Notes: a model not told the origin generated them from the letters alone. A DNA stretch of 25,090 bases from a virus (IMGVR_UViG_3300030376_006624:1-25090), one strand, 5' to 3'; positions 1-9,810 are shown, counted from the stretch's first letter. Translations and numbers: made by a program.

Positions 1-2034
1 ATCTAAAAGTTTTTGCCTGAGAGATGGTTCGATAGTGTTAAATATATTGGGATTATCGACCATCATCATGGCGAACTGCTCGGCTCCAATCTCCTGAGCG
101 AGTTTATTGGCATCCATGCCTACGCTGATTGACTGGTCACCGCTTTGGATAGAATCGTAACCATCTGAAATCTTTTTGGCATCTGCATTTAATTGAATCG
201 AATCAATCGGTGAACCGGCGGAATCAGTTGTAAATGCAAACTCGAATGATTTCTCTCCTGGCTTTGCCTCGTACTGCTCTAAAATCTTTCGGGCAAAGAG
301 TGGATCATCCTTAATGCCTTGAGTAATAAAATGGTGGCCGAGTTCATGGGTAAGAATATCCATTGCCTCTTTCGAACTTCTGCCAGCATTACCATCTTGA
401 TTTACATAAATGGTATTATCGCCCATATCGTAATGAGCATTAGGTGCTTGGCGGAGGTTTGGATCGTCTTGACGAAGGAAGTCTAAATAAGTCTTTTTAT
501 CTAAGAATGCTAATTTAGGCGCACGAATGCCCGCCTCCTCCACTGTGGCAAATGCCAATCGTGCTTCGGGGGATAATTTTCTAAATTCTTTAATCTGGTC
601 ATCTGCCAGCTTGGCATTAAGAAAGTTTATACTCGATTGATCCCTAGCCGCCTGACTCTTTCCGCCCTTCATACCAGGTTGGCCGAATGGTAGTGAGCCG
701 CCCATCAGCGTACCCGAACCAACTGCCGCGCCAACGCCTTCTGCGCCTTCTCCCGATATATATGCCAATGCTCCGTTTAATACTCCTACGGATGCACCAT
801 TAACGAGTGAATTAAATGCTAAGTCGGTTAGCTTGGAAGCACCGCCAGCATGAGCCATAAGGGCGAGCTTACGAAGTCTTGGTGAATCCGCAGTAGTTGC
901 CAATCGTTGAAGAAATCTTTTCTGTCCGCCTTTTGATGATAGAGCAGATAAAGTTCTTTCTACCCCCCTACCCGTCTTATTGGCTAAAAATCCTAATATC
1001 TCGGCAGATGTTAATATACCGAGACCAGGGACCATGCCTTGAGTTGCGGCTCCGATCTGTGCAGTTGCCGCTACAGCACCGGCAGTTTTTGGGTCAAGTT
1101 TAGGTATAAGTTTAGTGGCTAAATTTCTTGGTAATGCGGCAACTTTTGAAACTGCTTCTCCAGTTCTGCCCACTCCACCGGCAATCTTTGAACCGACAAA
1201 TGCCGATCCTTTAATCGCTTTTCTTGTTCCCGATGCGGCAAGTTTAGCTGGAATCGATGCGACTTCGGATGCCTTGTCTAATCCTTTGGCTACCTTCTTT
1301 GCACCTTTAGCTACCTTCTCAGCACCTCGGCTTGTCTTCGCCATCGCTTTAGATAACTGCACAAGCCTAGGAGACCGAGCGGCGAATGCTCCCGCCTTTG
1401 CTCCTTTTGAAATTCCTTTTGCCCCTACTGCAACTGCCTTTGCTCCGAGAGATCCACCCTTGGCGATTAATCCGGCGGCTGGTACAAGTAAAGTAGGATC
1501 GACAAAGTTTGCCCCAAAGCTGACAAAGTCCCTACCCTCTTCATCGTAGGTTTCGAGCATGGCCGGACGGACTTCTTGATTATAAAGGAAGTTATCCTTG
1601 TATCTTTGATACTCTCTTTGCATCTCGGTTTCATCGGAATAGAAATTATCCATCGCCGCACCGCCTAAAGTTTCTGCGAATCTACCAAAATCATTAATTC
1701 CTACTTGGAATACTCCGCCTACTTCGCTGGCTCCCACATCGCCGGAAAAGAGTTCGCTTATTGCCTTTGAACCTTCCGATGCCAATGCACCCGCACCGGT
1801 CATAAAGGATTCTGTGAAAGCGGCGGTCTTATCACCCAATGATCGACTATCCTCGACCTTCCTCCTTTCAACATATTCTTCAAACGATTCAGGAGTTCTT
1901 GCTAGTTCTTCGTCTAATACTCGAAGTTCTGCTTCCGCTTGAGCCTGAGTCATAGGTATACCATCATCCTCGGGAAGTCCGAGTTCCACATTTAATTGTC
2001 TTAACTCGGCGAGTGCTTGTTCTTCGGTAAGCAT
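1..2034 (-). CDS. Large internal virion/ejection protein with zincin-like metallopeptidase motif, 3'-truncated at the window edge (>678 aa); absent from the ORF track
   Basis: ATG at 2034 overlaps the TAA of the upstream gene (TAATG). Read by hand, the frame MLTEEQALAELRQLNVELG... stays open to position 1. It has a Gly/Ala/Lys-rich middle, ILTHELGHH (HELGH at 334-348) and a downstream EIGAEQFA (70-93). It is the last and largest gene after the tail nozzle, as for podovirus ejection proteins. Confidence 0.8.
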   Translation of the reverse strand, partial: MLTEEQALAELRQLNVELGLPEDDGIPMTQAQAEAELRVLDEELARTPESFEEYVERRKVEDSRSLGDKTAAFTESFMTGAGALASEGSKAISELFSGDVGASEVGGVFQVGINDFGRFAETLGGAAMDNFYSDETEMQREYQRYKDNFLYNQEVRPAMLETYDEEGRDFVSFGANFVDPTLLVPAAGLIAKGGSLGAKAVAVGAKGISKGAKAGAFAARSPRLVQLSKAMAKTSRGAEKVAKGAKKVAKGLDKASEVASIPAKLAASGTRKAIKGSAFVGSKIAGGVGRTGEAVSKVAALPRNLATKLIPKLDPKTAGAVAATAQIGAATQGMVPGLGILTSAEILGFLANKTGRGVERTLSALSSKGGQKRFLQRLATTADSPRLRKLALMAHAGGASKLTDLAFNSLVNGASVGVLNGALAYISGEGAEGVGAAVGSGTLMGGSLPFGQPGMKGGKSQAARDQSSINFLNAKLADDQIKEFRKLSPEARLAFATVEEAGIRAPKLAFLDKKTYLDFLRQDDPNLRQAPNAHYDMGDNTIYVNQDGNAGRSSKEAMDILTHELGHHFITQGIKDDPLFARKILEQYEAKPGEKSFEFAFTTDSAGSPIDSIQLNADAKKISDGYDSIQSGDQSISVGMDANKLAQEIGAEQFAMMMVDNPNIFNTIEPSLRQKLLD

Positions 2035-3389
2035 TATAAACCCGCCCTTTTACTGCGTAATTGTCTTTTCTTTTCTAACTCATCGATAGTAGCTTGAGAG
2101 GCTGGAGCGGATGGGTCATTTGAATTTCCACCAAAGGCATCCCTTTCAATGCTTTGAATTGATATTGGTGCAAATTGATAACCTTTAAGGGTACCATTTT
2201 TATTGAAGTATCTTGCTTGAGATTGCTTCTCTTTCATCGCACTTTCAATTGACTTAATTAGCCTGTCTACTCGTTTTTTATTTTCCGTTTCATCAAGCCT
2301 TGGGTTGTATGCTCTGCTAATTAAACGCTGTCCCTCTTTTTCGGTAAACTGAGCGCCAAGAACTAAACGGAGGTTTCTTTGTACAACTTCTTCAACTGCT
2401 TCTTTTACTTCAGATGCTTGAGGATTTATAATGTCATTAAATGAATCGGGCATTATGCCCACCATTACACCCGTTAGATTTTCGGGTTCTATTGCGTTTC
2501 CGTCTTTATCTTTCGCTGTTCCGCCCAATCTATCAGAAGCCTCTCGAAGCTGAGTAAGCCCTTTTTCAATATCTGCGGGGTTAAATTCTATAATACTTTT
2601 TGCAAACTCTCGATCAATTGTCTCCTCTCCGACCGTAAGAGATGGTTTCTCAAGCTCTCTCAAGGCTTTTAGCTCTGTTGGTGAATAGGGTTTAGGAGTC
2701 TGCACGGCAATCTGCGAATCCAGCTTCTGCGCCATTGGCAACGCTTCAGACACTGGCTGACCCGCTCCCACTACTTGCCTCATAAAATTCTTAGCCTCTT
2801 GACTTATAAGCATATCTTCGGCTGGAGATGGTCCGGGTATCATTCGAGCGGGTGGAGTTGCTCCCTTGCCAGCTTGTAAATTACGAAGTACGGAATTTCT
2901 GTCAGGACCGGATGGGTCAACCATTGGTTTACCGGGTTGGCCAAGAAAACGATTAAAATTTTCTTCCCTCTGCCGATCCGCAATCTTCCGATCATCAGCC
3001 GCAATCGTTCGGTTAAAGAGTTCGTTTGCTTGCTGTGCTTTCTGCTGATCCATTGCCATCTGTCCAAACTTCATCGCATCGGATACGAGCTTGGGATCTT
3101 TCGAAATATCCTTTGCTACCGCCTTTGCCTCTTCAATGCTTTCAATCCCTAAGTTTGAGAATATCGGATTATCGGGGTTTGATTCGTATTGACGGAGAAA
3201 TAAATCCTCGGACCGTTGTTGCTGTTCCTTCTTCTCTTTTCCCTCTCGAAACTTTTCTATGGTCGATCCGATTGTCTTCCCAAGATTCGCAAACATCTGC
3301 CCATAAGCCTGTCCGGCCTGTTGGATTCCACTGTTATCGACCCGCATCAAAGACGAGCCGTAATTACTGTTAAAAAATGGTTGTGCCAT
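2034..3389 (-). CDS. Putative internal virion (ejection) protein, 451 aa
   Basis: Long ORF with a Gln/Gly/Ala-rich amphipathic N-terminus (GIQQAGQAYGQMFANLG) followed by coiled-coil-like segments; lies between two other internal-virion-like genes. Confidence 0.65.
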   Translation of the reverse strand: MAQPFFNSNYGSSLMRVDNSGIQQAGQAYGQMFANLGKTIGSTIEKFREGKEKKEQQQRSEDLFLRQYESNPDNPIFSNLGIESIEEAKAVAKDISKDPKLVSDAMKFGQMAMDQQKAQQANELFNRTIAADDRKIADRQREENFNRFLGQPGKPMVDPSGPDRNSVLRNLQAGKGATPPARMIPGPSPAEDMLISQEAKNFMRQVVGAGQPVSEALPMAQKLDSQIAVQTPKPYSPTELKALRELEKPSLTVGEETIDREFAKSIIEFNPADIEKGLTQLREASDRLGGTAKDKDGNAIEPENLTGVMVGIMPDSFNDIINPQASEVKEAVEEVVQRNLRLVLGAQFTEKEGQRLISRAYNPRLDETENKKRVDRLIKSIESAMKEKQSQARYFNKNGTLKGYQFAPISIQSIERDAFGGNSNDPSAPASQATIDELEKKRQLRSKRAGL

Positions 3390-3394
3390 AGTAT

Positions 3395-5107
3395 TTATCC
3401 TTGTCCGGGTTTGGGTTTAAATACATTCGGATTGCCTAAATATCCACCTAGTGCTGTACCAGCCAAAGAAGCAATGCCACTAAATAATCCGGCATTCTGA
3501 GTAGCATTTGCACCGAGTTGCGTATTATAAGCAGACATTTCATTAGCGGCATTGTTCTGTATGTACCCTAACGGGGCCGAGGGATTTAAGTAATTAAAAC
3601 CCGGCTGAAAGCCCGCTGATGTTTGACCTAATACCCCCTGAGCTTGTTGCAAAGGATTACCTCCTGACCGCCCAAGGATTGCTTGGAACGGGTCTAGCTG
3701 ATTCGATTTTTCCTGTGCGATTTCTGCCTGACGAAGTGCGGCTTCCTGTCCGAGAACCGACTGTGCAAATGCACGATTTTGCATTTTCCTCTGATTTGAT
3801 TCTCCGACTAATGCTTCGGCTTCACGGATGCCCGCATTTTGATCAAAAGTCCGACCCATCATCGTACTCTGTGCCTTAAAGCTGTCCTGAACTCTTTGCC
3901 TTTCTCGATCCGTTAATCCTCCCCCAAGGGCTTCGGTTGCCTGACTAGCAAGCATCGAGCGAAGCCCCGGGCCAGTAGGCTGTGCAGTCGGCTGGGGAGT
4001 TGCTCCGGCATTCCCACTCATCGCATTTAGAAATACATCATTGGCACCGCCGATTTCCCCTATTGTCCTCGGGGTGTTTGGGTCGCGGAATTGATCCATA
4101 ATGTCTTTATACTGTCCGGCAAACCGTGATACATCGTTTAGGTCACTGGTTCTTTGGCGAGATATATTTGCTCGTCCAACATCTTCCGCAAATGCTGAAA
4201 GTCCTAAAAACTGACCATCCGTTGTGTAGCCGGCAGACCGCCCTAAAGATCCAAAAGTTTCGGGCAATTCTTTACCTTCAGCTTTACCGAATTCTTCATA
4301 GTCACTTTGTCCAAACTCTTCGATCGTGCGGGTGTCACCTTTTGCTTTTGCCATTTCGAATGAGCGAAGGACATCGCTATTTTGCCTTACATATTGCTCG
4401 TAATCGGGTCGCATTCCCTGAAGTTCACGCTTGTCTCCGAGAAGGTCGATTAAACCCTCGCTTGTTTTTTCGGACTCGCCCTCTTGGTATGGCCTCCCAG
4501 TCTGTGGATTTTCGGTTACAAAAGTAGTGGTGTACTGAGGGTCACCGGAAATGGACTGAACAGCCTGAACATCCTTATAATTATCCTCCCCAAAAAGATT
4601 CTTAAATTTTTCCTCATTAAGTGTTCCGAACAGAGATAGCATTTCGATTGCATCAAGCTCATTTACCCCGATGCTTGGATATGATTTTTCTAAAACATCT
4701 CGCATCGGTTTTGTAATAAATGTACCGCTCAATAGTTCTTCCACCACAAGTTTAGCTTGTTGCTTATCGCTTGCACTAGGGTCGATGACTAACTCTTGCT
4801 TTCGAATCCCAAATTTACCCAAATCTGCCTTAGATAAATTAGAGCCTTTAGCGTCAATATCCGCTTGCGTAATCGCCTCGGCTTTCGTTCGACTTTCACC
4901 GCCTAAAAGTTGTCTCCGCTGAACATCCGTATCCGCTTGGGCGGTAGCTAATCGAAGGGCTGTATCGTATGGGAGCATTCCTAGAAGGCCGCCAGTACCC
5001 GCAAAGTTATCTGTCCCCCGAAGTAAATTTAACTGAGTCTCTATTCCCTGTGCGGTGGCTTCGCCGTAAGTTGGCATAAAAGGTCGATTTTCTGATCCAC
5101 TATTCAT
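3395..5107 (-). CDS. Putative internal virion (ejection/pilot) protein, 570 aa
   Basis: Gln/Ala/Gly-rich with a hydrophobic glycine-rich C-terminus (GLFSGIASLAGTALGGYLG) typical of ejection proteins; ATGA overlap with the upstream gene. Confidence 0.65.
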   Translation of the reverse strand: MNSGSENRPFMPTYGEATAQGIETQLNLLRGTDNFAGTGGLLGMLPYDTALRLATAQADTDVQRRQLLGGESRTKAEAITQADIDAKGSNLSKADLGKFGIRKQELVIDPSASDKQQAKLVVEELLSGTFITKPMRDVLEKSYPSIGVNELDAIEMLSLFGTLNEEKFKNLFGEDNYKDVQAVQSISGDPQYTTTFVTENPQTGRPYQEGESEKTSEGLIDLLGDKRELQGMRPDYEQYVRQNSDVLRSFEMAKAKGDTRTIEEFGQSDYEEFGKAEGKELPETFGSLGRSAGYTTDGQFLGLSAFAEDVGRANISRQRTSDLNDVSRFAGQYKDIMDQFRDPNTPRTIGEIGGANDVFLNAMSGNAGATPQPTAQPTGPGLRSMLASQATEALGGGLTDRERQRVQDSFKAQSTMMGRTFDQNAGIREAEALVGESNQRKMQNRAFAQSVLGQEAALRQAEIAQEKSNQLDPFQAILGRSGGNPLQQAQGVLGQTSAGFQPGFNYLNPSAPLGYIQNNAANEMSAYNTQLGANATQNAGLFSGIASLAGTALGGYLGNPNVFKPKPGQG

Positions 5108-5451
5108 TTAACTTTTCTCCTGTTTATTCTTTTAAAATCGTAAAATTTAACTGGTTTACTTTTCAGTTCCCTCATCCACCCAACAAAGGGAAGAGGATGA
5201 GGAATTTTATTGATGAAGTCTCGAACCGATCCTTTTCCGTATGCGAAGGTTACGAACCAGGCATCGGGATTTTTTACATTCCACTGCTCACCGGGATGGG
5301 TGTCAGATTTACTATTTACTGCTTTGCCGAGTAATATGGAATCCGGTGCGATAAATACATATCCGCCTAACGATGCATGACGGCCTATTTCCTCAAAAAG
5401 ACTCTGTCCGATTTGCTCGTAAAATTTAGCCGCTTTTTCTAAGATTGTCAT
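5104..5451 (-). CDS. Hypothetical protein, possibly GNAT-fold virion assembly factor (T7 gp13-like position)
   Basis: 115-aa ORF coupled by ATGA overlaps on both sides. It occupies the slot between tail nozzle and internal virion genes. The fold is an inference from synteny. Confidence 0.5.
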   Translation of the reverse strand: MTILEKAAKFYEQIGQSLFEEIGRHASLGGYVFIAPDSILLGKAVNSKSDTHPGEQWNVKNPDAWFVTFAYGKGSVRDFINKIPHPLPFVGWMRELKSKPVKFYDFKRINRRKVK

Positions 5452-5762
5452 TCTGATATTATGTAATCCTCAGCATCTGTTACACTGACTGCCGAGCCGA
5501 GATTTACCCTCACCCAGTTCGTTCCATTGTCCACCGCTATGCATGGCAAACTCCCCCCATCCCCATTCGTTACAAATACCAGCCTCCCCACCGTTCCGTT
5601 TGCTGGCAGATTCGCCACGGCGAAGTTTTCGAGGGTTATAGAAGTCTCCGAAATAGTGGGGACTACTACGGTTGGATTTCCGAGTTCGTTTAGATTCGAG
5701 GCGGACAATTCGACACCCGTTGCCATCGTTGTTCCCGGGGTGACTGTACAGTTTATTGCCAT
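5448..5762 (-). CDS. Small tail-associated structural protein
   Basis: 104 aa, TAATG-coupled; contains LPANGTVGRLVFVTNG...DNGTNW, resembling a tail-fibre connector motif. Confidence 0.6.
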   Translation of the reverse strand: MAINCTVTPGTTMATGVELSASNLNELGNPTVVVPTISETSITLENFAVANLPANGTVGRLVFVTNGDGGSLPCIAVDNGTNWVRVNLGSAVSVTDAEDYIISE

Positions 5763-7378
5763 TATGCAACCTCATGTCTGCCCATTAATCCTGTTTTAAT
5801 TCCCTCGACTGAAACATGGCGAATCTCGGGAGATCCAGCGGTTACATCGACCTCAATACCACAGGCAAATCCCCTCGCCCGACCACTACCAAAACGGATC
5901 AACTTCTCCTCTTCCGAGCCTGAATAACTTTCTGTGTGGACCGTATTTGTTCGGTCGGGATCAGTGGTATTATATTTAATTGTAAATGCATCCCCGTTGT
6001 TTACCTTCACCCCGAGCTGTCCCCTCTTCCATGATTTAACATTCATATCACCGAGGGTAAATGATCGGGTCTTGAGCTTGGCAGAAATGGCGGTGGAGGT
6101 AGTTGTACCGCTTCCTATTGTGCCAGTGATGTCAGTGGCCGCCTCTTCAACTAAATGCCATCCTTTATCATTACAGGCGAATAATCTCCGCTTGGTGGGA
6201 TTCGTTCCATGATCAATGATTACAAAGTCATCAATGGCAAATCCGCTGGGGAAACTATCGATGCTTGAAAAATTATTCTGCAAAATATCGAAGACGATAC
6301 ACTTATCATTTGTGGTTGATGTGGGAGTGCCGGGATATGCTAAATAATATTTATTGTCGAAAGTTACTCCGACTGCCTTATCCGCATTTGCAAAGTTTGC
6401 CTGGTCAATTTGGTCTTGTATCGGGCGAGTCATTGGGACTGCTTCCCCGCTTACTTTCGCCACGCTGATTCCGAGTCCTTTGGCGGCATCCAAACCTTGT
6501 TGCAGTACCATCACCCCATCATCGGAAAGAAAATAGATTTGCGGTCCGCTGGCCGCCACCGATTTGCGGGCAACGCATCCGAATTGTCGGGTAATCTCAA
6601 ATGTGGCGGCGGATGAAGTGAGAGCGATGTTATTAATTAAAAATATGGAATTCCTCTGAAATATTATTGCCTGGTTTTCGAGGTAAGAAGTGATCGCCAC
6701 AATTCCTCCACTCGCTGATCCTTTTGATAATCTGAACTGACTCGTTGATTCCTTATAATTATCAGTATCCAAGATTTCGGATGCTAGAACGGTAAACGGT
6801 GAATCGGCGGGTTGTGGTATTAATAAGCGATTCGCAAAGAACACTCCGAAGGTTGTATTCGGACAAGCAATATTTCCCGCCCCCGGAGAACCATTGGCTT
6901 TAACCGTGAATGCCGTGGGGCTGGTATAATCGCCATTCCATTCTAAAGGTGTTTTTGATGGTCCTCTAAACAAAATCAGTTTCTCTGCGGCTTGTACGAA
7001 TGAGGGATTATCTCCCGCCGCAACCACTTCCCCGCCAGGATATGCAATGTCGATCCCACTGTTATTCTGATCGTTCCAAATGATTACTTTATTCTTTGTG
7101 GCAACTGCAATAAATTCAGCATTGGTTGCTGGGTCGCTGAATAAAATCGAAGTAAATACCTTGTCCGTCCCATACGATAAAGTGACTGAACCGGCTTTAA
7201 ATTCGATCCCTTTTCTGACCTTGGCCGTGTCTCCTTCCAGTCTCATGTTCTGCGAATCCTCCACGAAACCCGGCTCAAGTGTGGACGGTTCGAGATACGA
7301 ATTCATTCCGATAAATCCTCGGTCCCCCTCCTCGGTAGTCGGGTCGTCAAGTTTGCCGAATGAACGATACCGACTCAC
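5762..7378 (-). CDS. Tail nozzle / DNA-stabilisation protein (T7 gp12 / P22 gp10-like beta-propeller)
   Basis: 538 aa, beta-rich, with the GCVARKSVA...IYFLSDDGV and GVTFDNKYYLA motifs typical of podovirus nozzle proteins; GTG start with GGAGG upstream. Confidence 0.75.
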   Translation of the reverse strand: MSRYRSFGKLDDPTTEEGDRGFIGMNSYLEPSTLEPGFVEDSQNMRLEGDTAKVRKGIEFKAGSVTLSYGTDKVFTSILFSDPATNAEFIAVATKNKVIIWNDQNNSGIDIAYPGGEVVAAGDNPSFVQAAEKLILFRGPSKTPLEWNGDYTSPTAFTVKANGSPGAGNIACPNTTFGVFFANRLLIPQPADSPFTVLASEILDTDNYKESTSQFRLSKGSASGGIVAITSYLENQAIIFQRNSIFLINNIALTSSAATFEITRQFGCVARKSVAASGPQIYFLSDDGVMVLQQGLDAAKGLGISVAKVSGEAVPMTRPIQDQIDQANFANADKAVGVTFDNKYYLAYPGTPTSTTNDKCIVFDILQNNFSSIDSFPSGFAIDDFVIIDHGTNPTKRRLFACNDKGWHLVEEAATDITGTIGSGTTTSTAISAKLKTRSFTLGDMNVKSWKRGQLGVKVNNGDAFTIKYNTTDPDRTNTVHTESYSGSEEEKLIRFGSGRARGFACGIEVDVTAGSPEIRHVSVEGIKTGLMGRHEVA

Positions 7379-7518
7379 TTCTTTTTTACCTCCTGGTAAA
7401 TCTTTACCGCCATATAAATAATCGTCATTCCACCGGCAACTATACCGATCACCTCATGGAAAGATCCGCTTATGCTTGCCAACGAACCGCCAAACCCAGC
7501 TAGTGCAGTTCTGTCCAT
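7375..7518 (-). CDS. Small membrane protein, putative holin (47 aa; not in ORF track)
   Basis: MDRTALAGFGGSLASISGSFHEVIGIVAGGMTIIYMAVKIYQEVKKK: hydrophobic segments and a basic C-terminus; TGATG and GTGA overlaps with its neighbours. Confidence 0.6.
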   Translation of the reverse strand: MDRTALAGFGGSLASISGSFHEVIGIVAGGMTIIYMAVKIYQEVKKK

Positions 7519-7634
7519 CAGAACAGGCAGTCGAGGATTATAATGCCAATAATAAGGCCGACAAATACGGTTATCATTTTACCCTTTTTTGAAAGCGATA
7601 AAAATTTCTCTTTTAACAATTCAAGATTTTTCAT
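7518..7634 (-). CDS. Small single-pass membrane protein (38 aa; not in ORF track)
   Basis: MKNLELLKEKFLSLSKKGKMITVFVGLIIGIIILDCLF; fills the gap exactly and overlaps both neighbours. Confidence 0.55.
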   Translation of the reverse strand: MKNLELLKEKFLSLSKKGKMITVFVGLIIGIIILDCLF

Positions 7635-8085
7635 TTCGTGAGGGAGGTTTGACGGGGAATGGTGCGCGGGTCATGTGTTTTTCTGCTTCTGTTTTTGAAC
7701 AGTTTTGGGCTGTCCGTTTGGCGATAAAAATAGGTATGGCCAAATACCCTCCGAGCAGAATTGCCGCCCCGATAAGGATTTTCTTTATATACGAGGTGAA
7801 ACTTTCAAAGCCTGTCTTATGCTCGGCGAGGCCGTTCGCAACAATGGCAGAGACATCTCCGTGACTTAAACTTTCGATAGTTTCTTCGGCCTCGATTAAA
7901 GCGTCCTTGTTTTTTAAGGCTTCTCCCGCAAGGACACCCGCACCGGCAGAAAGTCCGCCAACCAATGGACCTCCTGTAAGCGTTCCGGCACTTCCGCCAA
8001 TCACCCCGCCGATTGTTGGGTAAGTGGATCGAAGGGAACATCCGGTAAGGCATAAAACTAATACTATTATGGCGGTGTAAATCAT
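7621..8085 (-). CDS. Lipoprotein with glycine zipper and C-terminal TM helix; candidate unimolecular spanin
   Basis: Hydrophobic signal ending in lipobox LTG-C16, GxxxG zipper at aa 25-54, TM ILIGAAILLGGYLAIPIFIA at aa 103-122 followed by KR. Confidence 0.6.
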   Translation of the reverse strand: MIYTAIIVLVLCLTGCSLRSTYPTIGGVIGGSAGTLTGGPLVGGLSAGAGVLAGEALKNKDALIEAEETIESLSHGDVSAIVANGLAEHKTGFESFTSYIKKILIGAAILLGGYLAIPIFIAKRTAQNCSKTEAEKHMTRAPFPVKPPSRNEKS

Positions 8086-8315
8086 TCGCCAGGAGGATTA
8101 GGGTCAGACCATTCGTCCGTTGCTAAGATGGTAAGTATTTCGGAATGCGTGTATTGCGTTTTCCCTTCTAAAAATGAAGGTGTTGTGTCGCTATCAAATT
8201 TAAGAAAAGTTTTCGTGCCATCGAGTGAGTATCGAAGTGTATTTTCTGAAATCTCTTGGACTTTTGAGAAATCTACTGAATCAACTTCATTCGAATTTAT
8301 TATAACATATTTCAT
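8082..8315 (-). CDS. Small hypothetical protein downstream of receptor-binding gene (possible fibre chaperone/accessory)
   Basis: 77 aa, coupled by TAATG and ATGA overlaps; function inferred from position only. Confidence 0.6.
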   Translation of the reverse strand: MKYVIINSNEVDSVDFSKVQEISENTLRYSLDGTKTFLKFDSDTTPSFLEGKTQYTHSEILTILATDEWSDPNPPGE

Positions 8316-9196
8316 TAGCTTATTGTTGTGCTGTAAGTTGCATTACTGCCTGTGATATTTGCGCCACTTCCGCCTGAACCGCTAACGGTCGATGCGTTCA
8401 CTACAGTTCCTATCACATCAGTATTACCTGGAGTGCCACCACCTGAATCAGTATCTCCCGAAGAATCTCCCATTCTATACCAAGCAACCAAATTATTGGA
8501 TACACTGTTTAAATTAACAGCATCACTAGTCGAATAACTATTGTAAATGCTACTTACATCCGAAGCGGTTAAAACACTGTTCCAAATGCCTAGCTCGTCA
8601 ATATGACCATTATAGTGTTCTGTTCCTCCATAACTTGAGCGACCAAATAAATGACCCCCGTAAGAGGAATATGTGATTAAAGTAAAATCATCGACTGTTG
8701 AATCGAGTGCGCCGTTTACATACACTTTTGCGACCACACTAGATCCAGTCCCGCTTACTGTAAGCACTCCGTGATACCATGTTGAATTGCTTAGAACTTG
8801 TCCTGAGTTATCATAACCTCTGCCGTGAGCATTAAATGTTAACCTATTCGTGTCGTTAAAACCAAACGCTCTGTATTTACCACTAGATGCCTCACCCCAA
8901 GAAACCAAAGCACTCCAACTAACTCCACTGCCACGATTAAACCAACACGCAATAGAAAAATCAGTTTGTAAACTTAATGAAGAATCATTTGCTGATAAGC
9001 TGTCATCTGTGCCATCGAAAAAAGCTGACAGGCTATTACTAATTTCTGGGTATCGAGCTTCATCGCTTTCATAGGTGCGCCAATTTGAACCATCGGAAAT
9101 TATGTAAGTTTTTGTGTCTGTTTCAAAGTAAGCATCCCCAGCCGATGGTGAACTTGGACGGGTCGATGATGTGATTGATGGTATTGTCGTAGGCAT
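8315..9196 (-). CDS. Tail fibre/receptor-binding protein with LamG/concanavalin-A-like lectin domain
   Basis: FFDGTDD, FSIACWF, TWYHGVLT, KVYVNG, YNGHIDELGIWNSVLTASDV and LVAWYRMGD match Laminin_G_3 signatures; N-terminal TRPSSPSAGDAYFETDT...SDGSNW fibre motif. Confidence 0.8.
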   Translation of the reverse strand: MPTTIPSITSSTRPSSPSAGDAYFETDTKTYIISDGSNWRTYESDEARYPEISNSLSAFFDGTDDSLSANDSSLSLQTDFSIACWFNRGSGVSWSALVSWGEASSGKYRAFGFNDTNRLTFNAHGRGYDNSGQVLSNSTWYHGVLTVSGTGSSVVAKVYVNGALDSTVDDFTLITYSSYGGHLFGRSSYGGTEHYNGHIDELGIWNSVLTASDVSSIYNSYSTSDAVNLNSVSNNLVAWYRMGDSSGDTDSGGGTPGNTDVIGTVVNASTVSGSGGSGANITGSNATYSTTIS

Positions 9197-9198
9197 AA

Positions 9199-9810
9199 TT
9201 AAGAGTCGTTGTTAAAAATTAACCAAGTGCCGTCATCGGCATAGATATAAAAGTCATAAGTATCTGTACCGAAAGCGATATTGACTTCGTCTGTCGGATT
9301 AGTCGGAGTGCTTGCTAAAATGTTTGCTTGAGTGTTTCGTGTTGTGACATTAAATGTGGCAATTGAATTTAGAAATGTTCCACTTAGATTGGCGGTTGAA
9401 AATCCGCTGGATGCTAAAGTAACACCTGTCACTCCACTGTTCGTTGAGGCTGGGTTAGTAAGGGTGAATGTAATTACTGTAGATGAACCTGTTGGTACGC
9501 TTTGACCACTCGCTACTGTAAGAACTAATGTACCGCTCGACTGAGTCCATACTCCACTTGATCCAAATATTGCCGCATTTGTACCTCCAACCGTCAAAGA
9601 TGCACTGTCAGATGTTTGTGACCCTGTGAGTCCACTTATGGTAAGTGTGCCAGTAGCGCCTATAGCGGCTGAAGGATTAAGCGTAAGGGTTAAAGTATTT
9701 GTTGTCCCTTGCGCTGTCTGTCCATTGACCAAAGTAGCACTGTCAAAAGTTTCAAGTGGTACAGTTGGACTAGCTACCACTCCCAAACTAAATGTCGGAA
9801 GAACAAACAT
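9199..9810 (-). CDS. Ser/Thr/Gly-rich tail-fibre component (Ig-like beta domain plus C-terminal connector motif)
   Basis: 203 aa, beta-strand pattern LTLTL/ITFTLTNP; C-terminal IAFGTDTYDFYIYADDGTW. Confidence 0.65.
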   Translation of the reverse strand: MFVLPTFSLGVVASPTVPLETFDSATLVNGQTAQGTTNTLTLTLNPSAAIGATGTLTISGLTGSQTSDSASLTVGGTNAAIFGSSGVWTQSSGTLVLTVASGQSVPTGSSTVITFTLTNPASTNSGVTGVTLASSGFSTANLSGTFLNSIATFNVTTRNTQANILASTPTNPTDEVNIAFGTDTYDFYIYADDGTWLIFNNDS

